A stretch of 15,767 nt of DNA, taken from assembly GCA_039802265.1 (NCBI GenBank), contig JBDRWI010000052.1, positions 1-15,767 on the forward strand, in the 5' to 3' direction. A program made the translations under genes and the position numbers. This DNA is from a candidate division WOR-3 bacterium. GTDB taxonomy: Bacteria; Hydrothermota; Tepidihabitantia; SM23-42; JAOAFX01. Below are positions 1 through 8,114 of the stretch, piece by piece; position 1 is the first letter of the stretch, and the number at the start of each line of letters is the position of its first letter. Below the pieces are notes generated by a model. The model worked only from the letters and a program-made list of their open reading frames with translations, searched no databases and was not told the origin of the DNA.

Positions 1-2
1 TA

Positions 3-1763
3 TGGTCAGTATTATACTATCAGGGCGACCCCAGTTTTAATCATACAACCTGTGCTGTAGGCTATGACTATGGACCATCACTACCCGATACATTTATTAT
101 TGTCCATAATACCTGGACAATTGATGAACCCTGGTGGCCACTCTGGACATATGCAAATGGTTATCAATCTTATGACTATGTAACAAAGGTCATCCCTGGT
201 GGTGGAATCCCTGACAATCTCTTTATTACCTTTCCCACGGACTCTGGCATCATCCTTCTTTACAATATGAAATATAAAATCACCTGGCAGACAGTGGGCA
301 CAGGTATCAACCATCTATCAATCTGGTATGCATCAGGATATGACTCTTCAACCTGGACATTGCTCTCTTCTAATGTGCCAAATACCGGATTTTATACCTG
401 GACCGTTCCACCTGAATCACTATATGGTAGAATCAACCTTGCCGGCTGGGATAATGCAGATTCCCTTGTTGCTACTGATGGCAGTTTTTATAGATTTATA
501 ACAAAACCGGTGATAAAGAGTCCAAATGTCCATCTCCTCGGGCATATTCCACCCGGTGCCTATGATGGAGTAAATTCTGGTAATTGTTTCTATCTTTATC
601 GGGATTCCTCACTTTCTATCTATGATATTACTGATATCACTGCCCCTCTTTTAATCAAGAAAATAAAGGTCGCTGGTCGTGATGGCAGGTTATTCAGAAA
701 CGGGTCTTATCTCTATCTATCAACCGGTTATGACCATTCATTGCAGATTTTTGAAATAACTGACCCCCAGAATCCCGTTTTTTGTGGAAGTCTTAATTTC
801 TCAAGCCAGGCAAGGGGATTATATGTCTCTGATACACTCTGTTATCTTGCCAATAGCACCCAGGGATTAAGGATTATCTCTGTTGCCAATCCTTCTTCTC
901 CTTATGAATTGGGTAGTTATAATACACCCGGAATCAGTTATGATGTGGTAATTGTTGATACCATTGCAATTGTCGCTGATGGAAATAATGGCATTGTCAT
1001 TCTGAATGTAAAGACACCATCAAGTCCAGCACTGATAAGCACCTACAATACCCCGGGGAATGCCTTTGGTGTTGACTATAATGGCTATCTTTATGTCAGT
1101 GATGGTTCTTCAGGTCTTGGGATTATAGATATTACCGACCCGGCAAATCCGGTCTCAGTTGGCTGGTATGATACACCGGGTTTGGCATATCGGTCACGAT
1201 GCTTTGGAGAAAATCTCTTTGTTGCGGATGGCGATGCGGGCGTGCGGATATTAAACTGTGCTGATTTAGGCAATATCTGTGAGATTGGTTATCTTGATTC
1301 ATACGGCAGTGCCCAGGGCATTTTCATAAATGATACATTGGCCTTTCTTGCCGATAATGGGGATGGCGGGTATATCATAGATGCCCGGGTTATGGGGATT
1401 GGTGAGACAAGGAGACCGGAAGACAAGGAGACCGGAAGAATTTTGGAGGTGTATCCGAATCCCTTTACTGATAAAGTAACAATTAAATTCGAAATCCGAA
1501 ACACGAAATCCGAAACAAATTCCAAATCCCAAATCCCAAACAAAAATCTTGCTACCTGCTACTCTCTACTCCCTATTCTCCGTATCTATGATGCAACCGG
1601 CCGGTTGGTGAAGCAATTTAACCATTTAACCATTCAACCATTTAACCAAATCATCTGGTCTGGTGATGACAATTTTGGTCGTGAACTTCCCCCGGGTATC
1701 TATTTTGTTTCATTGAAAAAGAAAAACCATACAGTAACAAAGAAGGCAGTATATCTGAAATAA
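3..1763 (+). CDS. 5'-truncated secreted multidomain protein: end of a papain-like cysteine peptidase domain, Ig-like domain, LVIVD repeats, T9SS/FlgD-like C-terminal domain
   Basis: The frame of ORF 267..1763 is open back to position 3 (WSVLYYQGDPSFNHTTCAVGYDYG...FIIVHNTW...), so ATG 267 is internal. H-x-x-x-x-VGYD...HNTW resembles the His/Asn motifs of papain-fold peptidases. LYVSDGSSGLGIIDITDPANP-type LVIVD repeats follow. The C-terminus VYPNPF...IYDATGRLV...W.GDD..GRELPPGIYFV...KKAVYLK is a typical sorting domain. Confidence 0.85.
   Translation, partial: WSVLYYQGDPSFNHTTCAVGYDYGPSLPDTFIIVHNTWTIDEPWWPLWTYANGYQSYDYVTKVIPGGGIPDNLFITFPTDSGIILLYNMKYKITWQTVGTGINHLSIWYASGYDSSTWTLLSSNVPNTGFYTWTVPPESLYGRINLAGWDNADSLVATDGSFYRFITKPVIKSPNVHLLGHIPPGAYDGVNSGNCFYLYRDSSLSIYDITDITAPLLIKKIKVAGRDGRLFRNGSYLYLSTGYDHSLQIFEITDPQNPVFCGSLNFSSQARGLYVSDTLCYLANSTQGLRIISVANPSSPYELGSYNTPGISYDVVIVDTIAIVADGNNGIVILNVKTPSSPALISTYNTPGNAFGVDYNGYLYVSDGSSGLGIIDITDPANPVSVGWYDTPGLAYRSRCFGENLFVADGDAGVRILNCADLGNICEIGYLDSYGSAQGIFINDTLAFLADNGDGGYIIDARVMGIGETRRPEDKETGRILEVYPNPFTDKVTIKFEIRNTKSETNSKSQIPNKNLATCYSLLPILRIYDATGRLVKQFNHLTIQPFNQIIWSGDDNFGRELPPGIYFVSLKKKNHTVTKKAVYLK
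1404..1439 (+). repeat. In-frame 8-mer tandem array (GAGACAAG/GAGACCGG)
   Basis: gagacaag gagaccgg aagacaag gagaccgg aaga, in the linker before the C-terminal domain. Confidence 0.8.
1485..1579 (+). repeat. Two in-frame 7-mer tandem arrays (AAATCCS-type, then CTACTCY-type)
   Basis: aaattcg aaatccg aaacacg aaatccg aaac aaattcc aaatccc aaatccc (1485-1537), then ctacctg ctactct ctactcc ctattct (1552-1579). Confidence 0.85.
1614..1648 (+). repeat. In-frame 8-mer tandem array (CCATTTAA)
   Basis: caatttaa ccatttaa ccattcaa ccatttaa cca. Confidence 0.85.
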
Positions 1764-1787
1764 GGTTAATCCTCACCACCTTGCCTC

Positions 1788-1815
1788 TTGACATAGATGG
1801 ATATTTGGATATGAT
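1788..1815 (+). promoter_or_regulatory. sigma70-type promoter for the lapA operon
   Basis: TTGACA (1788-1793), 16 bp, TATGAT (1810-1815); RBS AAGGAGGT at 1828-1835 before ATG 1839. Confidence 0.75.
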
Positions 1816-1838
1816 TAAACTATGGTTAAGGAGGTTTA

Positions 1839-2135
1839 ATGCGGTTTGTCGGTCTAATCTTTGTGATAATAGTTATCGGATTTCTCATCGGATTTATTAC
1901 CCTCAACTCCGGGGAACGGGTGAGTATTGATATCTTTGGACAGCAGATTAGCAACCTTTCCCTCTCCTTAGTCTGTTTCTATGCATTTGCGGCGGGGATG
2001 GTATTTGTCCTGGTCTTTGCCCTGGCCGATGAAATTGTCCTGCGAAGCACGCTCAATAAAATAAAAAAAGAGAATATTAATTTAAAAAAAGAACTGGACG
2101 CCCTGCGCAATCTACCATTTGAGGAGGAGAAGTGA
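1839..2135 (+). CDS. lapA: Lipopolysaccharide assembly protein A (LapA/DUF1049)-like membrane protein
   Basis: Two hydrophobic segments separated by an N-x-x-x-V-x-I-D-I-F strand, a C-terminal coiled coil, a strong RBS, and position directly upstream of a LapB-like gene. Confidence 0.75.
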   Translation: MRFVGLIFVIIVIGFLIGFITLNSGERVSIDIFGQQISNLSLSLVCFYAFAAGMVFVLVFALADEIVLRSTLNKIKKENINLKKELDALRNLPFEEEK

Positions 2136-3262
2136 CATTTCTAACGATTATTGTAATCGCCCTTATCGCAATAATCTTATACCTCTATTTTCGCCCCCGT
2201 CGGGAAAAACCCGCTGTAAATCTACCATATATTGAAGCGCTCCTTGCAGAACTGGAAGGTAATATAGACCAAGCAATAAAAAAATACAAGGAGGCATTGA
2301 ACATTGACACCAATCTCATTGATGGATATATTCGACTTGGCAATCTGTATAAAAAGAAGAACGACATTTCAAGGGCGATCAAGATTCATCAGTCCCTTAC
2401 AGTCCGTCCCACCCTCAAAAAGGATACAGAAAAAAAGATCTATTATGCCCTTGCCCAGGATTATCTTGATCTCAATCGTCCCAATAAGGCAGTTTCATTT
2501 TTAAAGGAAATACTCAATATTGATAAAAATGAAAAACCTGCCTTTGAAAAACTTCTCCATATTTACGAAGATTTACAGAACTTCCAGGACTGCATAGCAG
2601 TTATTGAAGAATATGCTTCTGAAACAGATGATGGGCGAAGGCGGGCTTATTACTATGCTGCGCTGGCGAATTCCAAATTGAATGAAAGTGGCGAAGACCG
2701 CGAGGCTCTGGAAAAGGAAGCACTGGCGTTATTTAAAAAGGCCTTGAAGATTAAACCCGATTCCTTAGCCACCTTATATTCAATTGCGGAATTTTACCGA
2801 AATAAGGGTGAATTTAAAAAGGCAAGGGAATATTATCTGAAGATTGCTCAACTTCATCCAAAGTGGACATTTCTCATAATTGAAAATTTTGAAAAGGTAG
2901 CTTTTGAGACCGGAACATTTGATGAAATTATTCCTCTCTATGAGAAGATATTCAAGGCTGACCCGAAAAATTTTACGGTTGGCTTTGCCCTTGCCAATCT
3001 TTATGAGAAGAAAAACGAAAAGGAACTGGCAAAAGAGATTTACTATAAAATATCTGAATTATATCCAAAAAGTCTTTTGCCAAAACTCCTTTTAACGAGC
3101 CTGATGGGTGATACGAAATCTGTAAGGAAGGAACTAAACGAGGTCATTAAACTTGTTACGGAAAATAAATTTGTTTGTACCAATTGTGGTATGTCTACAA
3201 ATAAATTTATATTTTTATGTCCAAAGTGCCATTCAGTAGAGTCCTTTCTGCCTCACTGCTAA
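2132..3262 (+). CDS. lapB: LapB/YciM-like TPR protein with N-terminal membrane anchor and C-terminal rubredoxin-like zinc ribbon
   Basis: N-terminal TM helix; LGNLY...RAIKIHQSL motif typical of LapB; several TPRs; C-terminal CTNCG...CPKC; GTGA overlap with the lapA stop. Confidence 0.8.
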   Translation: MTFLTIIVIALIAIILYLYFRPRREKPAVNLPYIEALLAELEGNIDQAIKKYKEALNIDTNLIDGYIRLGNLYKKKNDISRAIKIHQSLTVRPTLKKDTEKKIYYALAQDYLDLNRPNKAVSFLKEILNIDKNEKPAFEKLLHIYEDLQNFQDCIAVIEEYASETDDGRRRAYYYAALANSKLNESGEDREALEKEALALFKKALKIKPDSLATLYSIAEFYRNKGEFKKAREYYLKIAQLHPKWTFLIIENFEKVAFETGTFDEIIPLYEKIFKADPKNFTVGFALANLYEKKNEKELAKEIYYKISELYPKSLLPKLLLTSLMGDTKSVRKELNEVIKLVTENKFVCTNCGMSTNKFIFLCPKCHSVESFLPHC

Positions 3263-3981
3263 TTTTTTTAAGCCTTCGGGCGCAGAATATTGAAGAGGCA
3301 ATAAAATACTTTGATTCTTTCCAGTTTGACAAGGCAAAGGAAATTTTCTTGCAACTGGCAAAAGATGAATCCAATCCCCGTATTGCCGAGGTGTACTACT
3401 ATCTTGCTCGCCTTTCTGTTAACCCTGATTCTTCAATTATGTTTTATCGCAAAATCATAAATAACTACCCACAGTCACGCTATGCCGATGATGCCTATCT
3501 GGAAATCGCCAAAAGCAGCATTGCCCGGAGTGACCACAAGAGTAGTATTATTATTCTCAATGAATTGCTGAAAAATTATCCGGATACTGAATTAAAGGAA
3601 GAAATTCTCTTCTGGCTTGGTATTGCACACATTGAATCCGGAAATGAAGCTGAAGGTATTAAATTACTAAATGAACTCAAGGAAAATTATCCCAAATCAA
3701 TCTGGGCTGTCCGTGCTTCAAGCATTGCCCTTGATACAATCCACCAATCAGTATATTATACAATCCAGGTGGGGTCATATCGCACCGAAGATAACGCCCA
3801 AAAATGTGTGGAAGAATTAAAGAAAAAGGGATTTGAGGCAAGGATAGTTGAGGCATTCATAAAGGGTGAAACATTTTATCGGGTCTGGGTGGGAAAATTT
3901 GAAACTGCTGAACAGGCTAAATCAGTCCTGCAAAAACTTGATTCAATTGGCTATAAAGGTAATGTGGTAAAAGGATACTGA
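3217..3981 (+). CDS. Exported TPR + SPOR-domain protein (envelope or cell division)
   Basis: Signal-peptide-like N-terminus; TPR motifs (IINNYPQS, LLKNYPDT, LKENYPKS); C-terminal SPOR domain YTIQVGSY...FYRVWVGKF. Start uncertain (ATG 3217 or GTG 3226). Confidence 0.8.
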   Translation: MSKVPFSRVLSASLLIFLSLRAQNIEEAIKYFDSFQFDKAKEIFLQLAKDESNPRIAEVYYYLARLSVNPDSSIMFYRKIINNYPQSRYADDAYLEIAKSSIARSDHKSSIIILNELLKNYPDTELKEEILFWLGIAHIESGNEAEGIKLLNELKENYPKSIWAVRASSIALDTIHQSVYYTIQVGSYRTEDNAQKCVEELKKKGFEARIVEAFIKGETFYRVWVGKFETAEQAKSVLQKLDSIGYKGNVVKGY

Positions 3982-3998
3982 TTTAACGCAGTATCTGC

Positions 3999-6449
3999 AT
4001 GCATCTTACACCCCTCTTAGAACAGTATCAAAAGATAAAAAATAGATACAAGGACACCCTCTTATTATTCCGGGTTGGCGATTTCTATGAATTTTACTAT
4101 GAAGATGCAAAATTTGCCAGTTCTCTTTTAGGAATTACACTCACGGCGAAGACAATCGGCAAGGGTGTGAAGGTTCCCCTGGCGGGTATTCCAATAAAGG
4201 CAAGTGAAAACTATATTGCCCGGCTCGTGAAAAAGGGAATGAAGATAGCAATCTGTGAACAACTTGAGCCGGCGGAAAAAGGGAAAAAACTTGTAGCCAG
4301 GGATGTAATTGAGGTGATAACGCCCGGCACAGCCTTCAGACCCTCTTTACTGGAAGAACATAAGCCATTGAATCTGGCAAGTTGCCTCCCTGATGGGAGC
4401 AAGACCGGTATTGCCCTGTGTGATATAACTACCGGCGACTTTCACTGTGGTGAGATTGAGACAGTTGAACTTGCTGAATTCCTTGCCCGAAAAGAGGTCA
4501 AGGAATTGGTTATTCCCGAGGGGCTGAATATCAAGACTGAAATACCCCAATCAATTCTTGATGGATACCACTTCATTTTTGAGATTGCCTATAAACAACT
4601 CATTGAACATTTCAAACTGGTGACACTTGACGGTTTTGGAATTGAAGGATTGAAATTAGGGATATCCTGTGCCGGTGCCCTGTTGTATTATCTCAAGGAA
4701 AATCAGAAATCTTCCCTTCCTCAGATAAGTAAAATCCAACTTTTAAAACCAAAGGATGTCTTATATATTGACCAGACTACCAGAAGGAATCTTGAACTTG
4801 TTGAAAATATAAACGACCGACAAGAAATTAGAACGCTATTCTGGGCAATGGATAATTGTCTTACCGCATCCGGCAAAAGGCTGTTGCGTCGGGAGATACT
4901 GGAACCATTGGTTGACTGTGATAAGATCAATCTGCGTCTTGATGGGGTGGAAGAATTAATAAAAAAAGAATTTTTAAGACAGGAATTGAGAAGGTCGCTA
5001 AAATCTATCAAGGATGTAGAACGAATGACAACCCGTTTGATGTGCCAAAGGATTATGCCCAGAGAATTAAATGCCTTAAAGGATTCATTGAAGGTGTATC
5101 CGGAAGTAAAGGGTATAATCGGTGCATGCGAAAGTAAAATACTTACAGGAATAAGAAATGAAATTGGTGATTTTGCTGACCTCATAAAATTGATTGAATC
5201 GGCAATCACATCCGAGCCACCCGCAACACTGGAAGAATCGGGTATCATAAAACCCGGATTTTCAAAAGAACTTGACGAACTAAGAGAGATTGCCCGTTCC
5301 GGTAAGGATTGGCTGATAAAATTCCAGGAAAGGGAAAGGGAAAAAACCAGTATAAACTCACTGAAGGTATCTTATAATTCAATATTTGGTTATTACATAG
5401 AAATAACAAAACCGAACCTCCATCTTGTTCCAGATTACTACATAAGGAAACAGACCCTTGCAAATGCAGAAAGATTCTATACCCCTGAATTAAAGGAGTT
5501 TGAAGAAAAAATCCTCACGGCTGAAGAAAAGATAAAAAATTTGGAATATGAAATTTTTATCCAGATTAGAGAAGAAGCTGCAAAAAGGGGCGAGGAGATA
5601 TTAAAGGCGACAAGGGCAATTTCCCTCCTTGACCTTCTGCAGTCATTTGCGGAAAGCGCCGTTTTATATAATTACACCCGGCCCGAAGTCAACAACGGTG
5701 AAAAGATTTTTATCAGTGAGGGACGCCATCCAGTGATTGAAAGATTGCTGGAGAAAGGTTCCTTTATTCCCAATGATACAGAAATTGATAGAGGTAAAAA
5801 CCAGATACTCTTAATTACCGGACCGAATATGGCAGGAAAATCTACATACCTAAGGCAGGTTGCCCTGCTTGTAATAATGGCGCAGATGGGTAGTTTTGTA
5901 CCGGCAAAAGAAGCCCGCATTGGTATAGTTGATAAGATCTTTACCCGAATCGGTGCCAGCGATGACATCTCACGCGGGGTGAGCACATTCCTTGCGGAGA
6001 TGATGGAGACGGCAAATATCTTAAATAATGTATCGGAAAAAAGTCTGGTAATACTGGATGAGGTTGGAAGGGGAACATCTACCTACGATGGTCTGGCAAT
6101 TGCCTGGGCAGTGGTTGAGGAATTACATAATGGAAAAAAACCCAGGGCATTATTTGCCACCCATTTTCATGAACTAACCAAGATTGAAGACTTTCTCACC
6201 GGAGTAAAAAACTACAATTTTCTTGTAAAGGAATGGGGGGATGAAATTATCTTTTTGCGAAAGTTGAGCCCAGGACCTTCAGACCAGTCCTATGGAATCC
6301 AGGTAGCAAGGCTTGCCGGTCTGCCTCAATCAGTGATAAATCGGGCAAAAGAGGTACTCACTAAATTTGAGGAAGGAGAAGTATTCAGTGTTAGAAAATT
6401 GAAGAAGAAGAAACTTACCCAGTCTGACCTTTTTATTGATAGAGTTTAA
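3999..6449 (+). CDS. mutS: DNA mismatch repair protein MutS (MutS1)
   Basis: TPLLEQY...LFRVGDFYEFY mismatch-binding domain, Walker A GPNMAGKST, STFLAEM, ILDEVGRGT, FATHFHEL, SYGIQVARLAGLP. Confidence 0.97.
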   Translation: MHLTPLLEQYQKIKNRYKDTLLLFRVGDFYEFYYEDAKFASSLLGITLTAKTIGKGVKVPLAGIPIKASENYIARLVKKGMKIAICEQLEPAEKGKKLVARDVIEVITPGTAFRPSLLEEHKPLNLASCLPDGSKTGIALCDITTGDFHCGEIETVELAEFLARKEVKELVIPEGLNIKTEIPQSILDGYHFIFEIAYKQLIEHFKLVTLDGFGIEGLKLGISCAGALLYYLKENQKSSLPQISKIQLLKPKDVLYIDQTTRRNLELVENINDRQEIRTLFWAMDNCLTASGKRLLRREILEPLVDCDKINLRLDGVEELIKKEFLRQELRRSLKSIKDVERMTTRLMCQRIMPRELNALKDSLKVYPEVKGIIGACESKILTGIRNEIGDFADLIKLIESAITSEPPATLEESGIIKPGFSKELDELREIARSGKDWLIKFQEREREKTSINSLKVSYNSIFGYYIEITKPNLHLVPDYYIRKQTLANAERFYTPELKEFEEKILTAEEKIKNLEYEIFIQIREEAAKRGEEILKATRAISLLDLLQSFAESAVLYNYTRPEVNNGEKIFISEGRHPVIERLLEKGSFIPNDTEIDRGKNQILLITGPNMAGKSTYLRQVALLVIMAQMGSFVPAKEARIGIVDKIFTRIGASDDISRGVSTFLAEMMETANILNNVSEKSLVILDEVGRGTSTYDGLAIAWAVVEELHNGKKPRALFATHFHELTKIEDFLTGVKNYNFLVKEWGDEIIFLRKLSPGPSDQSYGIQVARLAGLPQSVINRAKEVLTKFEEGEVFSVRKLKKKKLTQSDLFIDRV

Positions 6450-6471
6450 TGGAGATATGGACTGTTTGTTC

Positions 6472-6499
6472 TTGACATTATTACCATCTTAAATATAAT
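6472..6499 (+). promoter_or_regulatory. sigma70-type promoter for rubredoxin
   Basis: TTGACA (6472-6477), 16 bp, TATAAT (6494-6499); RBS AAGGAGGT at 6511-6518. Confidence 0.85.
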
Positions 6500-6521
6500 A
6501 AGCCACTTTTAAGGAGGTAAA

Positions 6522-6698
6522 ATGGCAAAATGGCAATGCACGGTTTGTGGTTATATCTACGACCCGGAGTTCGGTGACCCGGATAATGGGATAGAACCAG
6601 GAACTCTTTTTGAAAATCTTCCGGAGGATTGGGTCTGTCCGGAGTGCGGGGCGGAAAAGGACCAGTTTGAGCCATATACTGAAGAAGATGAATATTAG
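6522..6698 (+). CDS. Rubredoxin (58 aa; not in the ORF track)
   Basis: Manual translation [58 protein letters not shown] shows both CxxCG motifs and the conserved LPEDWVCP; own promoter and RBS. Confidence 0.97.
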   Translation: MAKWQCTVCGYIYDPEFGDPDNGIEPGTLFENLPEDWVCPECGAEKDQFEPYTEEDEY

Positions 6699-7024
6699 AA
6701 TCACTCCCCCTGGCATTTGATGAATTGAAGAAAATACTTAGAATTTGTCCAAGTGCCCCTGGGGTCTTAATAAACCAAACCGCGTGATTTCTTTCGGTTG
6801 TGGTTTTGAATGAGAAATTTTATTGCACAAGAATTGAAAAAAATTCCAGAATAGATTTTAAATGCGCCCAGATCTTAAGAAATAGTTTAAGGTATAAGGT
6901 TGAGATGCCTGACTAATTTAGTCAAAAATTAGCATCTTAATCCTAACCAAAAGCCATTTTAATCAGGTCATTGAGATTTGTATTTTCGGGTTTTTATCCG
7001 GGCGATAACAGGGATCATTTTCCT

Positions 7025-7053
7025 TTAAACCTCTCCTTCAGCGGAGGCGTCAA
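7025..7053 (+). promoter_or_regulatory. Putative autoregulatory ECF-sigma promoter
   Basis: TTAAAC (7025-7030), 17 bp, CGTCAA (7048-7053): the AAC...CGT pattern of many ECF promoters, ending 6 nt before the sigma ATG. Confidence 0.55.
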
Positions 7054-7059
7054 ATAATA

Positions 7060-7572
7060 ATGAATGAAGATGATGCAGCGCTTGTTAGAAGATTCAAAAA
7101 TGGCGATACGGGGGCATTTGATTTGCTCTTTAAAAAATACCAGCAGGCACTATATTCAATCTGTTATCGCTACACAAGAAATGAAGATGACGCGCGGGAA
7201 CTTACTCAGGATATATTTATTAAGATTTACCACAATCTTAATAAATTTAAAGAAAATTGCAAATTCTTTACCTGGGTTTACCGAATCGCAATTAACACCT
7301 GTATTTCTTTTAAACGGAAAGAAAGACCCGAGTTGGAAATCAAAGAATATCAACCAAATCCGGGGGAAAGGAATATAATCTTGAAAAAGGCAATTGACGA
7401 TGCACTTATGAAACTGCCCGGTCGTCAGAGAATGGCCTTTATCCTGCGACACTATGAAGGTTATAAATTTGATGACATTGGCAGGATAATGAAAATATCA
7501 ACCGGGGCGGCGAAGGCAAATCATTGCCAGGCAATAAAAAAATTGCGAGTATTATTAAAAGACTGGTTATGA
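7060..7572 (+). CDS. ECF-family RNA polymerase sigma factor
   Basis: DDAALV...GDTGAFDLL; region 2 DARELTQDIFIK...FFTWVYRIAIN; region 4 LPGRQRMAFILRHYEGYKFDDIGRIM. Confidence 0.95.
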   Translation: MNEDDAALVRRFKNGDTGAFDLLFKKYQQALYSICYRYTRNEDDARELTQDIFIKIYHNLNKFKENCKFFTWVYRIAINTCISFKRKERPELEIKEYQPNPGERNIILKKAIDDALMKLPGRQRMAFILRHYEGYKFDDIGRIMKISTGAAKANHCQAIKKLRVLLKDWL

Positions 7573-8105
7573 AAAGTTGCCGATATAGCAAAAATATAAT
7601 TGATTATATTGAAGGGTTGATGCCATTAAACGAGCGCGCTGATTTTGAGAGCCATCTAAAAATTTGTTCAGATTGTCAGAAAGAAGTTAATGAAATAAAA
7701 AAACTTTATGAAATATTAAACAAAGATGAAGTTCCGGAACTGAATGGCATATTCTTTGAAGATATAAGAATGCGGATATCCAAAAAGGAAATCTATTATA
7801 AACTGCCATTGTGGAAGATATTCGGTATACTTGTGCCAATGTTGACAGTATTCATTCTAATCCTTCTCAACTTAAAGACCGAACAAATGGTTGAATTTTC
7901 AATCCCGGTCTCTGAACTCCTGGATGATGAATACCTCAACAGCCTTCTGTTAGATAAGATAATAGACAAAAAGATTATAACTAATTTTGAAATTCTGGAG
8001 GAATATTTAACCCCGACGGTTGAACAGGATTTAGATGAAATGAATAAAGATGAATTGAAGGTATTTATGGAAGTTTTAAGCCAAAGATACAATGTGACAA
8101 CATAG
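7569..8105 (+). CDS. Zinc-binding (zf-HC2/ZAS) transmembrane anti-sigma factor
   Basis: HLKICSDC fits HxxxCxxC; one TM segment (WKIFGILVPMLTVFILILL); start placed at ATG 7569, overlapping the sigma stop (ATGA). Confidence 0.88.
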   Translation: MKSCRYSKNIIDYIEGLMPLNERADFESHLKICSDCQKEVNEIKKLYEILNKDEVPELNGIFFEDIRMRISKKEIYYKLPLWKIFGILVPMLTVFILILLNLKTEQMVEFSIPVSELLDDEYLNSLLLDKIIDKKIITNFEILEEYLTPTVEQDLDEMNKDELKVFMEVLSQRYNVTT

Positions 8106-8114
8106 GAGGAAACT

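Noticed and set aside
267..269. ATG 267 as the start of the first gene
   Set aside because: The frame is open and protein-like back to position 3, and there is no SD or signal peptide at 267
4721..5986. Minus-strand ORFs inside mutS, and similar shadow ORFs in other genes
   Set aside because: Antisense or alternate-frame shadows of well-supported genes, with no motifs
6481..6716. Minus-strand ORFs 6481..6675 and 6489..6716
   Set aside because: They are antisense to a clear rubredoxin gene
6701..6716. TCACTCCCCCTGGCA as a possible att-site copy of the tRNA-Leu 3' end
   Set aside because: Only a 9-bp exact match plus gaps, no integrase, and housekeeping genes lie between
7524..7568. Longer N-terminus for the anti-sigma factor
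   Set aside because: ATG 7569 gives the usual ATGA coupling and starts at the zf-HC2 domain
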